Assembly: GCF_001017655.1 (NCBI RefSeq)
Contig: NZ_CP010904.1
Span: 1,740,001 to 1,772,000, forward strand
DNA: 32,000 nt
From: Kiritimatiella glycovorans
GTDB lineage: Bacteria; Verrucomicrobiota; Kiritimatiellia; Kiritimatiellales; Kiritimatiellaceae
Direction: 5' to 3'
Shown here: one piece after another, positions 8,610 through 16,143 of the stretch
Position numbering within the stretch: position 1 is the stretch's first letter
Layout of the letters: the number at the start of each line of letters is the position of its first letter
Notes under the pieces: generated by a model
The model's input: only the letters and a program-made list of their open reading frames with translations
What the model was told of the DNA's origin: nothing
Databases searched by the model: none
Position numbers and translations under genes: made by a program

Positions 8610-9204
8610 TCAGTCCCCCGCGCTTCTTACTCAGCTCGTCTTCCGCCGAGACCCCTTCGCTCCACGGGCATTACCCCGCTTCATCACTACTACGAGCCTC
8701 TCCGACTCCCGCACGCGATCACCCCCGAGGTTATTGATTCCCCCACGGGCTTGTCGGCTTACCCGACATCACGGCGGGCCTCCCAAGTTCCTGGCTGTTC
8801 TTTCTGCGCGCGCCGTCTCTTGTTACCCCGGAGGGCCTTGCCGGTGCATATGACCGTTCCTTCCCGACAAGTGCTGGCTTCATCATATCCGATAGGCTGG
8901 CCGCCCTCGACTTGTGTAACGAGGCTGAATCAAGTTCGCTTTCGCTACGGCTCGCGCGTTCGCCTTCCCAGGCTTCGACGCCGGGGTTACCCCCGATCAC
9001 CGCTGGGTCGGCTACATGTGCAACGATCAATTCACACGACTGACTCCTTTCATTCAGTTAGAAACAGCCAAGCTTTGCTTGGCGCACCGAAGGGCACGGA
9101 TAATGGGTGAACAGGACTCCGACTCGCTCTGTTATTGAATCGCGCAAAGACGCCGGGCTCGCAGAGGAGTGGAATCGGAAACGTGAACGGGGCGGGGCAG
9201 GATC

Positions 9205-9275
9205 TTATCCGTCGTGTAATCCGTGGTCCTCTTTTTCCTCTGACCACAGTCCGGCCATACCGTGGTATCCGTCGT
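9205..9275 (+). promoter_or_regulatory. Array of ATCCGT(S)GT boxes flanking a GTGGTC-N13-GACCAC hairpin upstream of the GH65 gene
   Basis: The boxes are ATCCGTCGT (9207-9215), ATCCGTGGT (9219-9227), ATaCCGTGGT (9257-9266) and ATCCGTCGT (9267-9275). The 10-mer TATCCGTCGT is exact at 9206 and 9266. The hairpin spans 9223-9247. Confidence 0.4.
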
Positions 9276-9327
9276 TCAGCGTTCGGAGCACCTTTCCCCG
9301 CGAGTGGAATTTATTAACCCAAACACG

Positions 9328-9338
9328 CATATGCATAT
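9328..9338. promoter_or_regulatory. AT-rich palindrome CATATGCATAT, copy 1 (upstream of GH65)
   Basis: The same 11-mer occurs at 13806-13816. ATATGCATAT is a perfect palindrome. It lies 27-69 nt upstream of the candidate GH65 starts. Confidence 0.3.
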
Positions 9339-9364
9339 AGCGGCGCCGCGAGTCTCCACGTATC

Positions 9365-11743
9365 GTGTACGGTGCACTCTTTATGCCGGAACCGGATCGG
9401 GAGCGTATGACGGACGGAGAAAAAGACATCGCGGCCTCGGCGGACGCGGCGGGCTGGACAATCGAAGAGCACTCGTACCACCCGGCCCGTGAACCGCTCG
9501 GCGGGACGCAGTACTGCATCGGCAACGGCTACATGGGCCTGCGCGGGAGTTACGAGGAACTGGGCACGAAGGACGTCCAGGGGCTCTTCGTGGCCGGGGT
9601 CTTCCATCGTCGCCTGCGTAAGCAGTTCTGTCGCGCCGATACCTTCTGCCGCAAGCAATACATCTTCGACGAGGAGGCGATGACCACCCCCGAGGAGATC
9701 TGCGAAATCCAGAATCTCCCCGATCCCCTCTTCGTACAGATGCAGGTCCATGACCGCCCGTTCCGTCTCTGGGACGGCGAGCTGCTCGAATACCGCCGCC
9801 GGCTCGATCTGCGCACGGGGGAACTGGTGCGCACCGTGCGCCGGGACGACGGCGAGGGGCGCATCACGCGCTTCGAGTTCCGCCGCTTCTGCGGGATGGA
9901 CCGCCGTCACCTGATCATGCAGCGGATCTGCGTCACGCCCGAGAATCACGATGCCGTCCTCGCCTTCCGTTCGGGCATCGATGCCGGCCTGAACGACACC
10001 TGCGAAGACACCATACACGAAGAAGCCGAAGACGGGTTCACGCTCAGGAGCACGCTCCCGAGCACCGGCGTATCGGTGTTCCAGGCCGTGCGGCACCGCA
10101 TCCTCGCAGACGGCCGGCCGGCCGATCCCGCGTGGTCGCGCGGCGAACGACTGCGCCGGCACACCGCATCCACCCGCCTGGAGGTCGCGAAAGGCGAGAC
10201 GGTCGTCCTCGAAAAAAGCTGCGCGCTGTACTCGTCGCGGGATCCGGACCTCGACGATCCCGCCGAGGCCGCGGTCGAGCTGGCCGACCGCGCGGCGGCG
10301 GAGGGCTACGACGCAGCGTTCGGCTCACACGCCGAGGCCTGGCGGCGTCTCTGGCGCGAGACGGACATCCGCATCGAAAACGGTCCCGACGACCAGCGCA
10401 TGATCCGGTTTGCGATCTTTCATCTGATCATCGCCTCTCCCCACCCCGACTCTTCGGTGAGCATCGCCGCAAAATCGCTGAGCGGCTACGGCTACGGGGG
10501 ATGTGTGTTCTGGGACGACGACATCAATCTCGCGCCCTTCTACCAGTGGGCACTCCCGGAATACGCGCGCTCCCACCACCGCTACCGGACCCGGATGCTG
10601 GACGCCGCCCGCGAATATGCGCAATCCGAAGGCCGCGAAGGCGCGCGCTACCCGTGGCAGAGTTCGGTCTCGGGCCACGAGCACGCGCCCGTATCCATCA
10701 ACTGCAGCCGCACCCAGATCCACGTCGTACCCGACGTCGCCCATTCCATCTTCCGCTACGCGGCCACCTCCGGCGACCGCGAATTCCTCTACCGCCACGG
10801 GCTGGAAGCGGCCGTGGAGAGCAGCCGCTACATGATGCAGCGCCTGGTCCGCCACGAGGCGGAGGATCGTTACGAGATTCACGGCGTCGGCGGCCCCGAC
10901 GAGTACCATCCGATCACGAACAACAACGCCTACACCAACTGGACGACGGCGGAGGTGCTGCTCCGCACCGCCGATGCGCTCGACGCACTGCGCGCGGAAG
11001 ACGCAGACCGCGCGCGAGAACTCGAGGCCCGCCTGCAGCTCCGCGACGGCGAGCCGGCCCGCTGGCGCGAGGCCGGACAGAAAATGTTCCGGCCCGTGGA
11101 CGAGACGACGGGGCTGATCCCGCAGTGCGACGGGTTCTTCGACCTGCAGGACGACTGGGAGCGCGTGGGTTCGGACTGGGGCGGGCCGGGGGCGGAGTAT
11201 CATCGCTGCAAGGGGATCAAGCAGCCGGACGTCATCCTGCTGCTCACGCTCTTCCCCGAACAGTTCGAGCGACGGCACTGGGTCGCCAACTGGGATTACT
11301 ACGAACGATTCATTCTGCACGGCTCGTCGCTCAGCCCCTCTATCCACGCCCTGGCGGCCGCGAAGATCGGCCTCGTCCAGCGCGCGCGGTACTATTTCCG
11401 GCTGGCCGGATCGTTCGATTTCGAGGACTACAACAACGACTCGGAAGCAGGTATTCACATCGGCAACTGCGGGGGCCTGTGGCAGGCGGCGATCTACGGG
11501 TTCGCCGGGCTGGAATTACGCGGCGACACGCTGTACTTCGACCCCCATCTGCCTGAAGAATGGGGGGCCATTTCGTTCCGCCTGCATTTTCGGGGACAGG
11601 CCGTCGATGCCGCGGTCCGGTCAGGCGGGGTCGAGATCCGCGCCGACGAAAGCAATCCGGCCCCGGTTCGCATAGGCGGGTTCGGCCGCACGGATGAAGT
11701 GCGCGCCGGTGAGACGAAGGAACTGACCGGCCACGCCTCGTGA
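9365..11743 (+). CDS. GH65 family glycoside phosphorylase/hydrolase (kojibiose/maltose/trehalose phosphorylase-like), cytoplasmic
   Basis: The N-terminal hallmark IGNGYMGLRGSYEE is present, followed by a long (alpha/alpha)6-type region. No signal peptide is seen. The start is uncertain: GTG 9365, ATG 9383 or ATG 9407. Confidence 0.8.
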   Translation: MYGALFMPEPDRERMTDGEKDIAASADAAGWTIEEHSYHPAREPLGGTQYCIGNGYMGLRGSYEELGTKDVQGLFVAGVFHRRLRKQFCRADTFCRKQYIFDEEAMTTPEEICEIQNLPDPLFVQMQVHDRPFRLWDGELLEYRRRLDLRTGELVRTVRRDDGEGRITRFEFRRFCGMDRRHLIMQRICVTPENHDAVLAFRSGIDAGLNDTCEDTIHEEAEDGFTLRSTLPSTGVSVFQAVRHRILADGRPADPAWSRGERLRRHTASTRLEVAKGETVVLEKSCALYSSRDPDLDDPAEAAVELADRAAAEGYDAAFGSHAEAWRRLWRETDIRIENGPDDQRMIRFAIFHLIIASPHPDSSVSIAAKSLSGYGYGGCVFWDDDINLAPFYQWALPEYARSHHRYRTRMLDAAREYAQSEGREGARYPWQSSVSGHEHAPVSINCSRTQIHVVPDVAHSIFRYAATSGDREFLYRHGLEAAVESSRYMMQRLVRHEAEDRYEIHGVGGPDEYHPITNNNAYTNWTTAEVLLRTADALDALRAEDADRARELEARLQLRDGEPARWREAGQKMFRPVDETTGLIPQCDGFFDLQDDWERVGSDWGGPGAEYHRCKGIKQPDVILLLTLFPEQFERRHWVANWDYYERFILHGSSLSPSIHALAAAKIGLVQRARYYFRLAGSFDFEDYNNDSEAGIHIGNCGGLWQAAIYGFAGLELRGDTLYFDPHLPEEWGAISFRLHFRGQAVDAAVRSGGVEIRADESNPAPVRIGGFGRTDEVRAGETKELTGHAS

Positions 11744-11822
11744 CGGCCCGTCGTACCAACCTGCGCGTTCCCTGTATACATCGAGTTCAGTACGTAAAAG
11801 CGTAAAACCCGGAGGAAGAGGC

Positions 11823-13769
11823 ATGAGATCGATGATGAAAGGCGTGCGAACACGAACGGGCATTATGATCGCTCTGATCGTACTGGGGCTCCAGACGATC
11901 TCGCGGGCGGCCGTGAACGCGTCGCTCAAGGCAAACCGGCCGTGGAATTTTATCGTCATCCTGCTCGACGACGCCGGCTGGCGCGACCTCGGGTTTACCG
12001 GCAATCCGTACATAGAGACGCCCCACATCGACCGGCTCGCCGAACAGGGCATGATCTTTACCGCGGCCCATGCCACCCACCCCTTTTCCGCTCCCTCGCG
12101 CCAGAGCATGCTGACGGGCCAGTGGCCCGCGCGCACGGCCTGGACGCGGCGCGGAGAACTCAACCGCCCCGATATGCCGCGCCCCAATGCGCCCTACTCC
12201 CCGACCTGGGCGCCGGCGTGGACCCAACAGCGCCCCGAGTTCGCCAGCATTGCGGAAATGCTCAAGAGCAAGGACTATGCTACCGCCCATATCGGAAAAT
12301 GGCACTTCGGCAATGTCGGCGGCGACGTGACGCCGGAGAGCGAGGGCTTCGACGTCAATTTCGGCGGCGCGGAGACGACGGGCGCGATTAAGAATTACTT
12401 CGCCCCGTTTCAGGGTCTGCCCGGCGACGTGGACTCGAAGCCGGGCGAGTACCTGACCCGCCGACTGACCGATGAGACGCTCGACTTCATTCGCGCGAAC
12501 CGCGAGCGGCCCTTCTACGTGCAGCTGTGGCATTACGCGCCGCACACCCCGATCATGGCACCCGAAAAAGAAGTGCAGTACTACCGCGAAAAGAAGGAAC
12601 GAATCGGCGACGCGTCGCTCAACCCCACCTACGCCGCCATGCTTGACGTCGTCGACCAGGGCGTCGGCCGCGTCCTGGAGACGCTGGAGGAACTGGGCAT
12701 CCGGGATCGGACGGTGATCCTGCTCAGTTCCGATAACGGGGGGCGTGAGCTTTTCGGATCGGTCCCGATCACCTCCGTGGACCCCTACCGCGGCGAGAAA
12801 CGCTACACTTATCTCGGCGGCTTGCGGGTACCGATGGCCATCCACTGGCCGGGTGCCGTGCAGGGCGCCAGGTCAGATCTCCCCGTGTGCATCATGGATT
12901 TCTATCCCACGATTCTCGACATCGCGGGCGTCCCGCTCCCTGAAGAACAGCCCACGGACGGGATCAGCCTGAAACCCCTGCTGACCACCGGACGGCAGCC
13001 GGATCTCGGGCGGCGCCCACTCTTCTGGTACAACGTGACCGCGCTGCTGGGCGACGACGCGACCCCGGTCGTTCCGGTCGCCGCGTTGCAGCGCGGCCCC
13101 TGGCGTCTGGTACGGAATTTCGGCCTGCCGCCGGAACTCTATCATGTCGGGGACGATCCCGGCGAAAGCCGGAACCTGGCCGACCGGAACCCTGAAGTGC
13201 TCGCCGCCCTGCAGAAGACGCTCGCGGGCTGGCTCAAGGACACCGGCATCGCCCTCCCCACACCCAACTCGCAGTACGACCCGGATTACGTCATTCCGCG
13301 TCAGGTCTCCGGGGAGATCCTCCCCCGCGACCTCTCCCCCGTACGCGAATGGGAACCCGGTGCAGCGAACAGTTCGTGGCGCGCCCGGCGGATGATCACG
13401 CTCGCGCGCGACCGCGGGGTGCTGCGCATGAAATCCGGGGGCGTCTACCCGGTCGCCGGTACGGCGGACGCGGAAGGGCTCACCGCCGGGCGGTATGCCG
13501 TGCAGGTGGAACTGAAGGTGGCCACGGGAGGGAGAATCCGGTTCAGCTGCCACGACCGTAAAAGCCGGACCACGACGGTCGAATTCTTCCCGAAGCGGGA
13601 CGGCTCGTGGCACACGCTCACCGGGGTGTTCGAGATCGGCCACGAGCCGGAATCGTTCAGCCTGGCCGCGCCTACGCATCTCAACATGGGCGGTCACTAC
13701 GATCCCTCGACCCAACCCGACTACATCGAGGTACGCGCCATCCGGCTCTACAGGATGGCCTACGAATGA
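11823..13769 (+). CDS. Sulfatase, Ser-type (SxPxR) with a Sec-like signal peptide and a ~150-aa C-terminal beta-rich extension
   Basis: IVILLDDAGWRDLG...TPHIDRLAEQGMIF...HPFSAPSRQSMLTGQ has Ser instead of Cys at the formylglycine position. The SSDNGG block is present. The N-terminus KGVRTRTGIMIALIVLGLQTISRAAV is Sec-like. A GGAGGAAGAGG RBS lies upstream. Confidence 0.85.
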   Translation: MRSMMKGVRTRTGIMIALIVLGLQTISRAAVNASLKANRPWNFIVILLDDAGWRDLGFTGNPYIETPHIDRLAEQGMIFTAAHATHPFSAPSRQSMLTGQWPARTAWTRRGELNRPDMPRPNAPYSPTWAPAWTQQRPEFASIAEMLKSKDYATAHIGKWHFGNVGGDVTPESEGFDVNFGGAETTGAIKNYFAPFQGLPGDVDSKPGEYLTRRLTDETLDFIRANRERPFYVQLWHYAPHTPIMAPEKEVQYYREKKERIGDASLNPTYAAMLDVVDQGVGRVLETLEELGIRDRTVILLSSDNGGRELFGSVPITSVDPYRGEKRYTYLGGLRVPMAIHWPGAVQGARSDLPVCIMDFYPTILDIAGVPLPEEQPTDGISLKPLLTTGRQPDLGRRPLFWYNVTALLGDDATPVVPVAALQRGPWRLVRNFGLPPELYHVGDDPGESRNLADRNPEVLAALQKTLAGWLKDTGIALPTPNSQYDPDYVIPRQVSGEILPRDLSPVREWEPGAANSSWRARRMITLARDRGVLRMKSGGVYPVAGTADAEGLTAGRYAVQVELKVATGGRIRFSCHDRKSRTTTVEFFPKRDGSWHTLTGVFEIGHEPESFSLAAPTHLNMGGHYDPSTQPDYIEVRAIRLYRMAYE

Positions 13770-13771
13770 GA

Positions 13772-13796
13772 GCCACCCCATGGCATTGTTTTTTTT
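13772..13796 (+). terminator. Weak candidate intrinsic terminator after the Ser-type sulfatase
   Basis: A short GCCA-CCCCA-TGGC stem-loop (13772-13784) is followed by a T8 run (13789-13796) in an AT-rich gap. The stem is only 4 bp, so confidence is low. Confidence 0.3.
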
Positions 13797-13805
13797 ATTA
13801 AACAT

Positions 13806-13822
13806 CATATGCATATCGATAT
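13806..13822. promoter_or_regulatory. AT-rich palindrome CATATGCATAT, copy 2, overlapping a second palindrome ATATCGATAT (upstream of the sulfatase at 13881)
   Basis: An exact copy of the 9328-9338 11-mer is followed by overlapping ATATCGATAT (13813-13822). It lies 59-65 nt upstream of the ATG at 13881. Confidence 0.3.
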
Positions 13823-13880
13823 TCTAAACAGAGCCGGGATTTAGGATTGTGTACGTATTACCGTTTAGGGGGGAACGATC

Positions 13881-15290
13881 ATGAGTCGCAGCCGCAGAGA
13901 CTTTCTTCGATCTTTGGCCTGGACCGGCGCGGCGGCCGCTGCGTCGGGTACCGCCGCAACGGCGGGACGTCCCACCCGGCCCAACATCGTCCTCCTCTTC
14001 GCCGACGACCTCGGTTATGCAGACATCGGGCTGCATGGTGCGCAGGATCTCAAGACCCCGAACATCGATGCCCTCGGCCTGAACGGGATGCAGTTTGAGC
14101 AGGGGTATGTGACCTACCCCGCCTGCGGTCCGTCGCGCGCCAGTCTGATGACGGGGCGTCATCACCACCGGATCGGATTCCCGACCAACCCGGACCAGGT
14201 GATTCCGACCCGCCCCGGCAATCCGCGCGGGCTCTCGCAGGAGGAAATTACACTGCCCGAGCTGTTAAAGCGCCGGGGCTACGCCACCGGCATGGTCGGC
14301 AAGTGGCACCTCGGTCATTCGTTCGACGACCACCCGATCAAGCACGGGTTCGACGAGTTCTACGGCTTCATGGGTTCGCTCTACCGCTACTTCGATCTCG
14401 GGAATCTGAAGCCCCCGAAATGCATCATGCGCGGGACCGAGCGCGTCCATGAGAAGGAATACCTGACCTACGCCTTCGCGCGGGAGGCCAACCACTTTAT
14501 CGCGCGTCACCGCGATGAACCTTTCTTCCTGTACGTGGCTTTCAATGCCGTGCACACGCCGCTGATGGATGATGAGGATCCGGGTCCGGTCGACATTCCG
14601 TTGAACGGGGTCGACGATCCCCGCGAGAACCGCAAGACGTACATCAACATGGTCGAAGCGCTCGATACCGCGGTGGGGGATATCCGCGCGAAGCTGCGCG
14701 AGGCGGGACTGGAGGAAAACACCCTCGTCTTTTTCATCAGCGATAACGGCGGTGCGCGCAAGACGGGCGCCTACCGTAACGACCCGTTGCGCGACTACAA
14801 AGGCACGCTGTTTGAAGGCGGTATCCGCGTTCCCTTCCTCGCGGAATGGCCCGGTACGATCCCCGCCGGCTCGCGGTATCAGCCCGTCGTCTCCTCGATG
14901 GACGTCTACGCGACCTGCGCCCGTCTCGCCGGGGCCTCGCTGCCCGGCGACCGCGTCTACGACTCGGCGGATCTGACGCCCGTGCTCGCCGGCCGCAGCG
15001 CAAAACCGCTCCATGACGAACCTCTCTTCTGGAAAGCCCAGGGGATGAAAGCGGTGAGGGACGGCGACTGGAAGCTGGTCGTCACCCGCGACGGCAGGCC
15101 GCATCTTTACGACATCCGCAATGACATTGGCGAAGAAGTGGATCTCGCCACAGTTTATCCCGAACGAACCCGTACGCTAATGCGCGCATTTGAGCGCTGG
15201 GAAGCGACGCTGCCGCCGCCGGACTTCAAGCGGTTTCCCGCCGAAGAATACCGCCGCTGGGAAAAGCGACAGGAGCGCGCCTCCGGATGA
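13881..15290 (+). CDS. Sulfatase (arylsulfatase A/B-like, Cys-type) with a twin-arginine leader
   Basis: SRRDFLRSLAWTGAAAAASG is a Tat-like leader. IVLLFADDLGYADIG...TPNIDAL...YPACGPSRASLMTGR contains CxPxR. GKWHLG and ISDNGG blocks are present. Confidence 0.9.
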   Translation: MSRSRRDFLRSLAWTGAAAAASGTAATAGRPTRPNIVLLFADDLGYADIGLHGAQDLKTPNIDALGLNGMQFEQGYVTYPACGPSRASLMTGRHHHRIGFPTNPDQVIPTRPGNPRGLSQEEITLPELLKRRGYATGMVGKWHLGHSFDDHPIKHGFDEFYGFMGSLYRYFDLGNLKPPKCIMRGTERVHEKEYLTYAFAREANHFIARHRDEPFFLYVAFNAVHTPLMDDEDPGPVDIPLNGVDDPRENRKTYINMVEALDTAVGDIRAKLREAGLEENTLVFFISDNGGARKTGAYRNDPLRDYKGTLFEGGIRVPFLAEWPGTIPAGSRYQPVVSSMDVYATCARLAGASLPGDRVYDSADLTPVLAGRSAKPLHDEPLFWKAQGMKAVRDGDWKLVVTRDGRPHLYDIRNDIGEEVDLATVYPERTRTLMRAFERWEATLPPPDFKRFPAEEYRRWEKRQERASG

Positions 15291-15977
15291 AACGCCGCGC
15301 CTTCACACTGATCGAACTGCTGGTGGTCATCGCGATCGTCGCCCTGCTGCTCAGCATCCTGTTCCCGCTGATCGAGCAGGGCGTCTCGTTCGCGCGCGAC
15401 GCGCAGTGCAAATCCAACCTCCGCAATCTGGCCATCGCCCAGAAACAGTATACTGCCGACCACGGCATCCATACCTTCGTCTGGGGCAATAACGATGAAG
15501 GCTCGCCCTACGAGGGGATACCGTGGTACGCCCTGCGCTGGGAGCACAGCCTGTTGCCCTATACCAAGGACTCCCCCGGCGACCAGTTCCGCGTCCCCAA
15601 CTATGAGGTCCTCGAGAAGCTGATGTACGAGGGCGTGTATCGCTGTCCCGAGATTCCCGCCGACACCCCCGATCCGCTCGACGACTCAGGCACCAAGACC
15701 TACCGCATGTCCTACTCGATGAACAAGTGGCTCAGCCAGGAAAACTCCAAAGCCCGAAACATCAATGTGTACAGGCACAGCATGTGGAACCCCCAGCTTG
15801 TACAGCACCCCGCCAAAACCCTGCTCTATAATCGACAGCCATAACCGGCCCTGGCTTTACTGGAAGGACGACTTTGATCCGGACGAGGAGACGCCCGGGC
15901 AGATCGAATACCGCCACGACGGGCACGCCAATATGTGCTTTTACGACGAACACGTGGAAGAGCTTACCGAATATTAG
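15287..15977 (+). pseudogene. Prepilin-type N-terminal methylation-domain protein (DUF1559-like) split by a +1 frameshift
   Basis: MKRRAFTLIELLVVIAIVALLLSILFP is a classic prepilin N-terminus. The ATG overlaps the sulfatase stop (ATGA). Frame A ends at 15844 (...PAKTLLYNRQP*). The conserved C-terminal block (IIDSHNRPW...YRHDGHANMCFYDEHVEEL, an H-X9-D(G/E)H-like motif) continues in the +1 frame to 15977. Removing one base near 15826-15828 gives TLLIIDSHN. Confidence 0.6.
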
Positions 15978-16143
15978 GGACAAATAATTTCCGAGGAAGA
16001 TCCTTCGCGGGGGACGCACTATAACTACGAGGTCGATTCACGGGTCTATCTGATCCGCCATCGCTGAGCGGATAGTTCCCTTTTTGCAGACGCCGCGAAG
16101 AATACGGATGACACCACCGCGTAAGAACGAGTAGACAAGCACG

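Larger units (their letters stand above)
7137..9087 (-). mobile_element. Complete bacterial group II intron (~1.95 kb) with an internal RT/maturase ORF
   Basis: On the minus strand: 5' end GUGCGCC at 9087, domain V at 7239..7207, a domain VI-like helix with a bulged A, and a ...CUCUAC 3' end at 7137. The IEP ORF is 8609..7266. Sequences flush with both ends have paralogous copies elsewhere in the window (see findings). Confidence 0.85.

Noticed and set aside
8653-8659. Intron-internal CGAAGGG (minus strand), perfectly complementary to the last 7 nt of the 5' exon, as a possible EBS1
   Set aside because: It lies ~430 nt into the intron and only ~45 nt before the IEP start codon. That is most likely in the DIII/DIVa region rather than in domain I, so it is probably coincidental. 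It needs structure modelling to settle.
7179-9110. 643-aa + strand ORF
   Set aside because: It is antisense to the group II intron and its RT ORF. The RT frame has unmistakable conserved blocks, so this frame is an artefact.
9088-9135. Class-C-style insertion of the intron just downstream of a terminator hairpin
   Set aside because: The 5' exon (rc of 9088-9135) shows no stable GC hairpin followed by a U-tract immediately before the insertion point. Domain V is also full-length, about 33-34 nt.
15815-15845. Programmed +1 ribosomal frameshift as an explanation for the split pilin-like gene
   Set aside because: No prfB-like slippery context is present. CCA-UAA-C would require tRNA-Pro to re-pair on CAU. 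A simple 1-nt indel restores a family-typical sequence (TLLIIDSHN), so mutation or assembly error is the more economical explanation.
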